Shown piece after piece: positions 39,255-48,328 of a DNA stretch of 64,000 nt (the first letter of the stretch is position 1; each line of letters opens with the position of its first letter). The notes below the pieces were generated by a model, which saw only the letters and a list, made by a program, of their open reading frames with translations, did no database searches and was not told the DNA's origin. This stretch comes from Sulfolobales archaeon (GTDB lineage: Archaea > Thermoproteota > Thermoprotei_A > Sulfolobales > AG1). The stretch spans positions 20,313 to 84,312 of the forward strand of contig JAWAXC010000001.1 of the NCBI GenBank assembly GCA_038897115.1. The letters are read 5' to 3'. The position numbers and the translations under genes were made by a program.

Positions 39255-39283
39255 CCTCATCCCTCGGTTGAGAGGAGGTTTCG
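39255..39283 (+). repeat. IS-end-like imperfect palindrome
   Basis: CCTCATCCCTCGGTTGAGAGGAGGTTTCG. Confidence 0.4.
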
Positions 39284-39475
39284 TCACCAAAGAAAGATAA
39301 TTTAGCTATGGTTAAAAAGTTTTCCAAGAAGATCTTTGGATTTCTATTGCTAGCTCTTCTTACCTCTTATTTTTATCAGTATAATAAGGGAATTTTAGAT
39401 CTTAATCCATATTACTAGTTCCTGTTTAATCCTCTTCTTAGTAAGATAATTATTAAACCACTACATCACAACTGT

Positions 39476-39508
39476 AAGCCTTACATTTCAGGGTGGGGAA
39501 GAGGTCAG
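39476..39508 (+). repeat. IS-end-like imperfect palindrome
   Basis: AAGCCTTACATTTCAGGGTGGGGAAGAGGTCAG. Confidence 0.45.
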
Positions 39509-39610
39509 ACGTTTTATTAATCATTCTGATGTAGGGGGTAGTTGTAAGTTTGCCTCGAAGTTAATATAGCCATCATCTTAGAGGGAAATATATTATCTAG
39601 TAAATCAGAT

Positions 39611-39709
39611 ATGTCTATAGTAAGCCGAGTTAGTTCGAAAGGGGAGTTATTTATTTCGAAGGAGATTCGTGAGAAGCTTAGATTAAAGCCTGGTATGAGG
39701 GTATTATAA
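39611..39709 (+). pseudogene. truncated AbrB/SpoVT (VapB-like antitoxin) N-terminal fragment, 32 codons
   Basis: Own translation: MSIVSRVSSKGELFISKEIREKLRLKPGMRVL*. Matches the swapped-hairpin motif G.v.IPkeiR..l.lkpGd.v. Confidence 0.4.
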
Positions 39710-39711
39710 TC

Positions 39712-40539
39712 TTAGCCACGCCTCATAGATCCTAAGGCAATATATCCTATTACGAAGCCTATAGCGAGGGATATAAGGATAGCTGCGGCAAGAGAACCTA
39801 TGTCGAGGTTTGATATAGTCTTGGTGAATGTATCTATCCTTGTAATTATTACTGTTTTCTCGGATATCTGATCTGCCGTCTTTATTAAAGTGTTATGAAG
39901 TGTTCTATATAGGGTTATGTTTTGGGGCTTTATCGTTATAGTTTCTGTTGAGATCTTCTCTACAGTTGTATAGATAGTTATTGGCATCGCTATAGTGGTG
40001 ATCTCTTGTGGGGTTATTGTTATAGCTGTTGCGGTTTGGTTAAGTACTATGTAGAGGCTCCACCCGCTAGGGCTAAACTCATTTGGATAGTCAACTATCT
40101 TTGCATAGCCGTTTAACACCAGCCAGAGGTTTATGTTGAGTAGATGTGTGGAGTTAATCGGTAGATATGCTATTGCAACCACCCTACCATATCGATCATA
40201 GATATAGAGGTCATCTATATCGAGATAGATATTCTTTCCAGAAACTAAAGAGCTGAGAGCCTTCTTAGCCTCCTCACCCTCAGGAGTGCTAAGTTCTGGA
40301 GCGTTGATATCTGCAAGTCTAACCCTTATCGTGGAGCCATTGAAAGATATATATTTATCTTTATAGACAGCCAGAACCCTGAGATCCAGGGTATCCCCAT
40401 CGATAACTCTAACCACAGCTCCATAGACCTCGATACTATATAGAGGTTCTGCATAGGCTTCAAACCCCACTTGTATATATTGAATCAGGAGTGCTATTAA
40501 TATCAAAATAGAAATTGCTAGCCTCATATGATGCACCAC
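39712..40539 (-). CDS. secreted, membrane-anchored thermonuclease (staphylococcal nuclease fold)
   Basis: VRVIDGDTLDLRV, VRLADINAPE. Signal peptide, Thr/Ile-rich stalk, C-terminal TM helix. Confidence 0.8.
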   Translation of the reverse strand: MVHHMRLAISILILIALLIQYIQVGFEAYAEPLYSIEVYGAVVRVIDGDTLDLRVLAVYKDKYISFNGSTIRVRLADINAPELSTPEGEEAKKALSSLVSGKNIYLDIDDLYIYDRYGRVVAIAYLPINSTHLLNINLWLVLNGYAKIVDYPNEFSPSGWSLYIVLNQTATAITITPQEITTIAMPITIYTTVEKISTETITIKPQNITLYRTLHNTLIKTADQISEKTVIITRIDTFTKTISNLDIGSLAAAILISLAIGFVIGYIALGSMRRG

Positions 40540-40669
40540 CTATCCTCAGATATATTGGGGTTTATAAGGTGTACATGGGCGAGGGCCTCATATAATTAAA
40601 AACATACTTAGCGTTAAACCTCTAATCCTAAAAGCTGGTATCGAGACTGGGTGTTGTAAGATATGCTAG

Positions 40670-43600
40670 CTATTTCTGCAAGGGCTTTAGCAGGAGGGTT
40701 TTGATCTCGAATGGTCTCAATGGGATCTCTAGGGACTTTCTACCTGGGATCGGTTCCCCCTGGGGTCTTTCTAGTAGATCGCATTGGTATGCTTCAAAGG
40801 GGATCCAGAGATCTATTCTCGCCTTTATATCTCTATCATATGGGTTGTATATTCTGAGCACATATCCCTCTCCCTTTTCAGAGATCTTAATACTCTCTAT
40901 GATAGCTCCTCCATCGGATAGCGATATATAGCTTGCCTGTGGATTCCTACCACCTGCTCTAACAATCCTCGGCGAGCTCCAAAGCTCATAGGCTATTCTG
41001 GGCACCTCACCATCTACATAGCCTCCTCTATGGGTGTAGATATAGTATCTAGCCTCGAACTCCTCCAAACCACTATATGGATCTGGGAAGACAGGGGTTT
41101 TCGCAAGGGTTAGCCCCACCTCATCCCCCCTAGGGCTATATCCATGCCTAGTCATAGAGATCATTGCGAAGCCTTTAGAGCCATCTGATATATCAGCCCA
41201 TCTAAGGGCTGGGACCTCGAATTTAGCTATATCCCAGCTATCCCTGGGCTTGGAGCTCCTTCTAATTGCTCCAAATGGTATCTCATAGAATATATCTTCG
41301 AAGCTGAATGAAGGCTTTAGCCATGCTTTAAGTAGATATCCCCTCGAGATCCACTTGATATTCGATGTGATCTCAACAACCCTAGACCCTCTCGATAGAC
41401 AGATCCTCTGGATGATCTCAGACCCCTTATAACTATAGCTGATCTTTCCGCAGGCCTTCAGAGATCCGCTATAGACTATAGAGGGCTCTCCAGATGGTTT
41501 GAGATCAATCCCTGGATCCTCTATAGAGCTCCTCTCAATATCCCAAGCATCCCAATCACCAGGCTTATCCCTATGGGCTCTAAGGATATGACTTATCTCA
41601 AAACCAAGCTCTAGATCCTTGACCCTAATAGACCCATCCCTACTGATCATAACCCTGAGCAAGCCATTATCAAGGATATAGCCCTCCTCCCCCCTATACG
41701 CTATAACCCCATCCCCGCCCTTGGGAGGCTCTAAATCGGCTCTCTCAAGTATAACGTATCCAGTAGCAGGGATCTCGATCTCGACGAGGACAGATCCCCC
41801 TAGATCCTGGTGAGCTAGCGTGGATCCCTCAGCATATCTATATAATCCCCTGGGAAGCTCTATAACAGCCCTTCTAGACCATGGTAGGCTGTTGAAAACA
41901 GCTATATAGCCTTCTCCATCTCCACCAGCTATAGCTACCATGGCTTTCTCAGAGATCTCGGAGCATGTTTTTAGAGCATCCTCCAACTCTTTATAGGCTT
42001 CTAGATAGGCATCATAGCTAGCAGATCCTGGGAGGACATCGTGGAACTCAGCCCTTAAAAGGGTTTCCCAAGCACCTCTAAGCAGATCCCTGGGATATGT
42101 TGTCAACCCCATTGAAGCTGCAATGGTGCTCCAAAGCTCAGCTGTTCTGAGGCATTCCTCAGCCCTATACACTAGATCCTTGATCCTGTGGTTAGTTGTA
42201 TAGGTACCCCTGTGGATCTCAACATAGAGCTCCCCCTTCCACGTTGGAGCCTTTTTTGAGGCCTCTCTAACAAGATCTATGTATTCTGCCTCCCCCACTC
42301 TATGCAAGATCCTGGGTAGCCTGGGCATCCTATTGATCCACTCTATTCTTTCCAACATGATAACGCTTGGCCCCCCACCGCCGTCTCCAACGCCGAATGC
42401 GTGTACAGCAGGTGCTAGATCCTTCTGCCTATACTCATCCCAAACCCTTTTAACCTCATCAGATGATAGGCTCCCATTATACGTTGTTATAATAACATGG
42501 ACAGGGATTTTACTCCCATCAATACCCTCCCATAGGAAGAGGTGATATGGGAATCTATTTGTATCGCTCCACATAATCTTGTGGATGACGAACACCTCTA
42601 TACCTGCGAGCCTCATAATCTGTGGGAGCTGTGCTGAGAAGCCAAACGTATCTGGTAGCCAGCCTATCCTAGAGATCCTCCCAAACCTCTCTAGGAAATA
42701 TAGCTGGCCATAGAGGAGATGCCTTGCAAGGGACTCACCTGTAACTAGGTTTGTATCGCTCTCACACCACATACCTCCAACAGGGATCCAAAGACCTTTT
42801 TCCACAAGCCCCTTGATACCTTCGAAGATCTCTTGAGAATCCTCTGCCCATGCGTAGTATTGAGCACTGCTCTGAGCATATGAGAAGCTATATCCATCCC
42901 TCACTAGCCTCAGAATATTTGAGAATGATCTTAGAACCTTTCTCCTAGTCTCGCTATACGGCCATAGCCATGCAAGATCTATGTGGCAGTGGCCCAGAGC
43001 AATTATTTCTCCCTCCTTTGGATATCTCTTGGCAAGCTCCTCTAAACCCTCTACGAATATTTTGTAAGCCTCATCTATAGCTCTATCCAAATCCTGATCC
43101 TCGATAGCCTGGATATCCCTAAGAGATCCTCTTAAAACCCCTGGGCCATATACGCTGGCTATGTATCCTCTATCCCATCTAGTTGCTAGGGGTTCTCCCA
43201 GATCCCTGAAGATCATCTCTACAGCAGTTATCTGGGCTACTCCTGGCACATAGTCTATTGGCTCTAAGGCCTTCGAGAGGGTCTGAAGGATCCCATCTCT
43301 AACATCACCTTCAAGGATTCTCGATGCTCTTAGAGCCTCCAGCATACCGAGACCAAGGCTTATGCCCCTCCAGTTTACCAGGGCTGCGAGGGAGTAGTTG
43401 AAGCTGAATATCCATGGGTTCTCGCCGAAGAGCGCTCTGCTAGTAGCTTGGATCGCGATCTCGTGCTCGCCATGGGATATGAATGATATGCTATGCCACG
43501 GATCTAAACCCTGGTGGATCTTCCCATCAACCTTTATAACCCCTCCACCGCTAATAGAGGCCTTGAAGATCCATCTATATCTAGGAGACTCCTCGAGATA

Positions 43601-43789
43601 AACCCTGGATGAGAAGATAAGCTCATCATCAGGCCTTACTCTAAGTACTAGAGGGAGCTCCACCTCAACCCCTCTGTTCAGGAATAACCATCTATCGATA
43701 TTCTTAACAGATTTAACACTTACACCAAGAAGATCTAGGATCCTCCTGTGGATCTCGGACTGCCTATACCTCAATGGCATATGCAACAC
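40670..43789 (-). CDS. GH38 alpha-mannosidase
   Basis: GHCHIDLAWLWPY signature; about 1040 aa. Confidence 0.9.
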   Translation of the reverse strand: MLHMPLRYRQSEIHRRILDLLGVSVKSVKNIDRWLFLNRGVEVELPLVLRVRPDDELIFSSRVYLEESPRYRWIFKASISGGGVIKVDGKIHQGLDPWHSISFISHGEHEIAIQATSRALFGENPWIFSFNYSLAALVNWRGISLGLGMLEALRASRILEGDVRDGILQTLSKALEPIDYVPGVAQITAVEMIFRDLGEPLATRWDRGYIASVYGPGVLRGSLRDIQAIEDQDLDRAIDEAYKIFVEGLEELAKRYPKEGEIIALGHCHIDLAWLWPYSETRRKVLRSFSNILRLVRDGYSFSYAQSSAQYYAWAEDSQEIFEGIKGLVEKGLWIPVGGMWCESDTNLVTGESLARHLLYGQLYFLERFGRISRIGWLPDTFGFSAQLPQIMRLAGIEVFVIHKIMWSDTNRFPYHLFLWEGIDGSKIPVHVIITTYNGSLSSDEVKRVWDEYRQKDLAPAVHAFGVGDGGGGPSVIMLERIEWINRMPRLPRILHRVGEAEYIDLVREASKKAPTWKGELYVEIHRGTYTTNHRIKDLVYRAEECLRTAELWSTIAASMGLTTYPRDLLRGAWETLLRAEFHDVLPGSASYDAYLEAYKELEDALKTCSEISEKAMVAIAGGDGEGYIAVFNSLPWSRRAVIELPRGLYRYAEGSTLAHQDLGGSVLVEIEIPATGYVILERADLEPPKGGDGVIAYRGEEGYILDNGLLRVMISRDGSIRVKDLELGFEISHILRAHRDKPGDWDAWDIERSSIEDPGIDLKPSGEPSIVYSGSLKACGKISYSYKGSEIIQRICLSRGSRVVEITSNIKWISRGYLLKAWLKPSFSFEDIFYEIPFGAIRRSSKPRDSWDIAKFEVPALRWADISDGSKGFAMISMTRHGYSPRGDEVGLTLAKTPVFPDPYSGLEEFEARYYIYTHRGGYVDGEVPRIAYELWSSPRIVRAGGRNPQASYISLSDGGAIIESIKISEKGEGYVLRIYNPYDRDIKARIDLWIPFEAYQCDLLERPQGEPIPGRKSLEIPLRPFEIKTLLLKPLQK

Positions 43790-43799
43790 TCATTATAAG

Positions 43800-44483
43800 C
43801 TATTCCATAGACCTGCTAAAACCCATTAGATAGCCGCCAACCATGATCCCAAAGAGAAGCTCGAGATAGGCTAGAACCCTCTCCACACCCCCAGGCCCTA
43901 GGCCTAAATGATTCCCTGTTATGAAGAGTGCCAGAAAGACAAAGGCTAGAACCCCCATAACAGGGGCGATAAATCTGGCATAGCCCATCAAAACCCTATA
44001 GCCTGCTATTGCCGTTGATGCTCCGAAGATAAATGCTATTGATGCTGAAACCGTGTGTAGAACCCCATAGCTCTCGGGGAACAGGCCAACACCGAGAGAG
44101 CCTATGCCTGTGATAAGGATCATTGTTTGGAATAGCCTATCCATACCCCCCCTTCTAATAAATAGAGATCCAGCGATCAGAAATGCTCCGAGGAGGATCG
44201 ATGATGAATTGAATATAATAGAGGATGGCTGGAAAACAACACATAGCCCACCCCTACACGTGGCGCCGAGATCACTTATATAGTTCCTCGAGATGCTATA
44301 GCCAGGATATAGGGAGCTAGCTATTACCATAGCTATGAGGAACTGAGAACATCCCAAGAAGATCAAGACACCAGCTATATATAGATAGCTGGGATTAAGG
44401 CTATGACCGTGCTCCATAACATACCCCAAAAATATTCTAGACATAGCTAATAAGCATTGAAATATATAAGATCTATCTGTCAA
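43800..44483 (-). CDS. DUF998-like membrane protein
   Basis: Six TM segments; NYISDLGA motif recalled from DUF998. Confidence 0.45.
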   Translation of the reverse strand: MTDRSYIFQCLLAMSRIFLGYVMEHGHSLNPSYLYIAGVLIFLGCSQFLIAMVIASSLYPGYSISRNYISDLGATCRGGLCVVFQPSSIIFNSSSILLGAFLIAGSLFIRRGGMDRLFQTMILITGIGSLGVGLFPESYGVLHTVSASIAFIFGASTAIAGYRVLMGYARFIAPVMGVLAFVFLALFITGNHLGLGPGGVERVLAYLELLFGIMVGGYLMGFSRSME

Positions 44484-44590
44484 GAGTCGAAAATATTATA
44501 CTATATTATTCTAAGGGATAGAAGTTCACACACCAGATCTCCGAACCCGATACTCACCACTTTAAAAAGGGCTTTATAGATGTGGAAGAT

Positions 44591-44650
44591 CTGATCAGCT
44601 TAAACACGGCTCAGCATCGATCAGCTCACGGCTGTGATCATCACTTGCAG
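44591..44650 (-). ncRNA. C/D-box sRNA candidate
   Basis: Minus strand: GTGATGA(C)-13 nt-CTGA(D')-tcg-ATGCTGA(C')-12 nt-CTGA(D). Confidence 0.55.
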
Positions 44651-44855
44651 AAGTGTGAAAGGGTTGCAAGACCCCGCCGGCTCCCCTCCTCATAGCAACC
44701 CGTTCGGGTCTCTCAGAGGGTTCCCATAATATTATTAATGGTTTTGCTATTTTAAGCCTTTAGAGGCTTGATCAGATAATTCTATATTTTAAAGGGTGGG
44801 TTTTGCTTTAAAAGGGCTATATCGGTATCGTCGGCTGGTTTAGCTTTTTGCATGG

Positions 44856-45755
44856 CTAAGCCTTTGCTTCCTTTGAAATGCTTATTACCTTGTCTGCTAG
44901 GTTTTCTGTGAATTCTCCGAAGAGGTTTATATCCTCTATATATGGTGTGTCTATGATCTCTATAGGTGATATTAGCCTTAGCACCTCGCTTGTTGTTGGC
45001 CACCACCTCCTATGTATAGACCCCTCGACCCCTAGGATCACCTTCAGAGCCTTTAGATATGTTGAACCATCATAGATAAGGATCTTGCCTGGGGAAACAG
45101 CTATCACAGCATCTATGTTCTCGAGCCTTGCCAGGGGTGATGCTGAGTTGTTGAAGCTCTCGATAACCATTATCTGGTGCTTATTAGCTATAGCTCTATA
45201 GCATGTCTCGGAGGCAACATAGCCCTCTAGGATTAGCTGTTCAAGGGCTTCTACATCGATCGCTATGGGTCTGGGATATATCTTAGAGGCTATATCCTCC
45301 ACAACCCTCCTCACACCACCTGGTATTTTCTCAAGCCTTCTATAGACTATATAGTGGGCTGTCTTTATATCGCCTTCAACGCATATGCTTATACGAAGCA
45401 TAATAGCCGATGATATCATAGATGCCATTGCATCCTCATAGCTTCTAAGACTCCTGAGATAGTGGATAGGGTCTAGAGGTGCTAGAGCTATATCTAGGGG
45501 ATTTATAGCCTCCAAAGGATCCTCAGACCCCGAGGTTTTCTTAAGCACCACAGCATCCTCACCAACCAATATGCGATTCTCAATGCTATTCCTCACAGAA
45601 GCAGGCTGATACCATATATTATGCCCCGCAACAGGCTTTGCAACACCAACCCTATACCCCCTCGAAACAAGCTCACTTATAAGGGCCCTAGCAACAGTGG
45701 TTTTCCCAGCATCATGTGTTATAAGGCCTACTACCATTATCTTCAGAGAGGACAC
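44856..45755 (-). CDS. BioD-like (dethiobiotin-synthetase fold) P-loop ATPase; function unknown
   Basis: VVGLITHDAGKTTVARAL...VGVAKPVAGHN resembles the BioD pattern TGTDT.VGKT...KPV.SG. Confidence 0.4.
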   Translation of the reverse strand: MSSLKIMVVGLITHDAGKTTVARALISELVSRGYRVGVAKPVAGHNIWYQPASVRNSIENRILVGEDAVVLKKTSGSEDPLEAINPLDIALAPLDPIHYLRSLRSYEDAMASMISSAIMLRISICVEGDIKTAHYIVYRRLEKIPGGVRRVVEDIASKIYPRPIAIDVEALEQLILEGYVASETCYRAIANKHQIMVIESFNNSASPLARLENIDAVIAVSPGKILIYDGSTYLKALKVILGVEGSIHRRWWPTTSEVLRLISPIEIIDTPYIEDINLFGEFTENLADKVISISKEAKA

Positions 45756-45804
45756 CCCAGCATTCCAGAGTATTGTTGGGAAATATATCTCTATTAGAAG
45801 CTAA

Positions 45805-45836
45805 AAACCTAGCACTGCCTTAGAGGGCAAGGTTTG
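45805..45836 (+). repeat. IS left-end-like imperfect palindrome
   Basis: AAACCTAGCACTGCCTTAGAGGGCAAGGTTTG, versus the left end AAACCTAGCCTTTGAAGGCGGGGTTAG. Confidence 0.45.
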
Positions 45837-46063
45837 ATAATTGTTTTATCACATGCACTCACACCCCACCCCTTGATCCTCTAACATTGTTCCAACATCA
45901 TCTTATAACCTGTGTTGAGCCTTAATCTCAGCTATTCAATATATTTAATGAGCTGGTTGTAAGGGCTGATTCTCCAGCGTATTAATTATATCTATGGATA
46001 CCGATACCTTTTATAAAAGGCTCAAGGATCTCATCTAGCTCTCCTATACTAGTGGCTTAGGCA

Positions 46064-47197
46064 CTATCTCTGCTTTGTCACTAGCTTGGCGAAGAGATCG
46101 AAGATCCATGTTAAGTCATATGGCCCAGGCCCAGCCTCTGGGTGGAACTGAACACCTAATATTGGCCTGCTACTATGCTTGATCCCCTCGAGGGTTTTAT
46201 CGTCTATGTTTATGAACCAGGGTTTGAACCCTGTTTCTCTTAGACTCTCCAGATCTACTGCATATCCATGATTCTGGGTGCTCACATATCCCAAGCCCGT
46301 CTCGAGGTCTAGAACGGGTTTGTTAGCCCCCCTATGCCCATATTTCAGCTTAAACACGTCTCCACCAGATGCTAGGGCTATTAGCTGGTGGCCTAGACAT
46401 ATTCCTAGTGTTGGTATGTTATATTCTAGGATCCCCTTGACATTCTCTATAACCTCTCTGAGGACTAAGGGGTTTCCAGGGCCATTGCTTATAATAACAC
46501 CCCTTGCATCTCTAACAACATCTGAGGGATCCGACCAGCATGGATACCTCACAACCCTGAACCCCCTAGAGACAATCTCTCTGAGGATGCCGTGTTTAAC
46601 ACCACAGTCGAGAATAGCTATTACCTCACCCCCATCTCCATGCTCCATAGGCTCTCTAGGTGAGACTTGATATGCATATGCGATATCCTCATACCTAGGA
46701 CTCCTAGTCAGGATCTCTTTAAGCTCCTCAATATCTAGATCATCACCACTCCAAGTAGCTATGACACCCATCATAACACCTCTCTCCCTCAGCTTCTTAA
46801 CAATGCCCCTGGTATCAACTCTAGATACACCTGGAACCCCGTTCTCCTTCAGCCACTCATCAAGCGACTTCTCAGAGGACCAGTGACTAGGGCTTGTTTC
46901 CTCAAAAACCACTAGCCCCTCTATCTGGGGCTTCTCTGACTCAAAATGAAGATATATATCCCCAGATAGTCTAAGAGATCTTCTTGCTATGCCGTAGTTC
47001 CCTATAAGGGGGTGTGTTAGAACCAAGATCTGACCTCTATAGCTAGGATCAGTTATAGACTCAGGATACCCCACCATAGATGTGGTGAAAACCACCTCTC
47101 CAACCCTAACCCCCTCATATCCGAAGCCACAGCCCTCGAATAGAGATCCATCCTCTAGATATAGAGCGCCTCTAAGACCCCTTCTACAGAGGCCCAT
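46064..47197 (-). CDS. carA: carbamoyl-phosphate synthase small (glutaminase) subunit
   Basis: LGICLGHQL, HGYAV, VQFHPEA triad motifs. Start moved to MGLCRRGLRGALYLEDG; the track ORF has a 25-aa hydrophobic extension. Confidence 0.9.
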   Translation of the reverse strand: MGLCRRGLRGALYLEDGSLFEGCGFGYEGVRVGEVVFTTSMVGYPESITDPSYRGQILVLTHPLIGNYGIARRSLRLSGDIYLHFESEKPQIEGLVVFEETSPSHWSSEKSLDEWLKENGVPGVSRVDTRGIVKKLRERGVMMGVIATWSGDDLDIEELKEILTRSPRYEDIAYAYQVSPREPMEHGDGGEVIAILDCGVKHGILREIVSRGFRVVRYPCWSDPSDVVRDARGVIISNGPGNPLVLREVIENVKGILEYNIPTLGICLGHQLIALASGGDVFKLKYGHRGANKPVLDLETGLGYVSTQNHGYAVDLESLRETGFKPWFINIDDKTLEGIKHSSRPILGVQFHPEAGPGPYDLTWIFDLFAKLVTKQR

Positions 47198-47373
47198 CCT
47201 ACCTCCTAATATGGCCCCACAAAACAGATATAGAAGGAAAATATAAGCATAAACCAAAAGAATTTCCACCAAATAAGGATAACTAGGTACTGCACCATAT
47301 TAAGAAATTTTTCGAGGTATTATCAATAAAAACAAAGCATTTATCATACAACAAGGTTCTCGAAACAACTGAA

Positions 47374-47733
47374 TTAGATAAGATCTTTATATGTAGAACC
47401 ATTTATGCCTTCGATCATATCCAACAAAATATCTAACGCTCTCTTTGCACTCTCCACACATATCACGGCTATCTCCCGTGTCACCCCATTTCCATAGTCA
47501 GCATCCTTTCTATAGCTATACAGCATCCTCAAGGTATCAGCTATCTCGGCAAGCCCTTTGTTCTCGACAGCATTGGCTAATTTGTCATCTCTTCTCGGTA
47601 TATGCTCCCCTAAACTTCTGAGCAGTTCTTCAGCCGCTTTTCTAACTGCGAAATAGGCTGCTGAGACAGCCTTGTCGTAACATCCTATCTCGAGATCTTT
47701 AATTGCCTGCTCTAGAAGTTTTTTGGAACGCAT
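47374..47733 (-). CDS. HEPN domain protein
   Basis: About 119-aa helical protein: AVSAAYFAVRKAAEELL ... YSYRKDADYG (HEPN R...Y region). Overlaps the upstream MNT-like gene as in HEPN/MNT pairs. Confidence 0.65.
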   Translation of the reverse strand: MRSKKLLEQAIKDLEIGCYDKAVSAAYFAVRKAAEELLRSLGEHIPRRDDKLANAVENKGLAEIADTLRMLYSYRKDADYGNGVTREIAVICVESAKRALDILLDMIEGINGSTYKDLI

Positions 47734-48328
47734 CTATTACGCTCGCCTCATCCTCTCTTGCTATGAAGGGGCTTATAACGATCTTCTCTCCGTATTCCTT
47801 CTCCACCTCCCTCTTGATCCTCAGGATCTCTTTCACGATCTCTGGATCTTTGCTCTTGACTATAACAAGAACATTGCTCTCATAAACCTCCTCCTCCGGG
47901 ATCAACACCTTCAAGGCATATCCCGCTTCCCTCAGCCTTGCAGAGAAAGTATTGATGGCTATTTTCAGTAACTCTCGATCCATATTCTCATCTCTAGAAG
48001 TTTTTTGGAACGCATCTATTACGCTCGCCTCATCCTCTCTTGCTATGAAGGGGCTTATAACGATCTTCTCTCCGTATTCCTTCTCCACCTCCCTCTTGAT
48101 CCTCAGGATCTCTTTCACGATCTCTGGATCTTTGCTCTTGACTATAACAAGAACATTGCTCTCATAAACCTCCTCCTCCTCGTTAAGGGCTATCAAAGCT
48201 GCAAAGACCTTGCCCAAGCTCTCGGAGAGCTTTAGATAGAACCTAGATATAGCCCTATCCCAGGCATCATTAACATAGACTCGGACACCCCCAGTCCTTA
48301 GATGAATACCTATAGATCTGAGCTCCAT
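47699..48328 (-). CDS. tandem (two-unit) MNT-like protein lacking nucleotidyltransferase catalytic residues
   Basis: Two roughly 94-aa units, each ...AL(I/K)(A/V)L..EEEVYESNVLVIVKSKDPEIVKEILRIKREVEKEYGEKIVISPFIAREDE... ESNVLVIV sits where SD.DLLVV is expected. Confidence 0.5.
   Translation of the reverse strand: MELRSIGIHLRTGGVRVYVNDAWDRAISRFYLKLSESLGKVFAALIALNEEEEVYESNVLVIVKSKDPEIVKEILRIKREVEKEYGEKIVISPFIAREDEASVIDAFQKTSRDENMDRELLKIAINTFSARLREAGYALKVLIPEEEVYESNVLVIVKSKDPEIVKEILRIKREVEKEYGEKIVISPFIAREDEASVIDAFQKTSRAGN
47710..47897. repeat. 188-bp perfect direct repeat, copy 1
   Basis: Identical base for base to 47992-48179. The period is 282 bp, i.e. 94 codons. Confidence 0.95.
47992..48179. 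repeat. 188-bp perfect direct repeat, copy 2
   Basis: See copy 1. The copy includes the first 8 codons of the HEPN gene on the minus strand. Confidence 0.95.

Noticed and set aside
39308-39424. A 38-codon ORF, MVKKFSKKIFGFLLLALLTSYFYQYNKGILDLNPYY, and a 28-codon ORF at 37637-37723 preceded by AGGAGGTG.
   Set aside because: They are too short and have no conservation evidence. They may be relics of signal peptides or chance ORFs. They are mentioned only as context.
44782-45006. A 74-aa minus-strand ORF overlapping the 3' end of the BioD-like gene in another frame.
   Set aside because: It is basic and low in complexity, and lies entirely within or adjacent to a longer and better-supported ORF.
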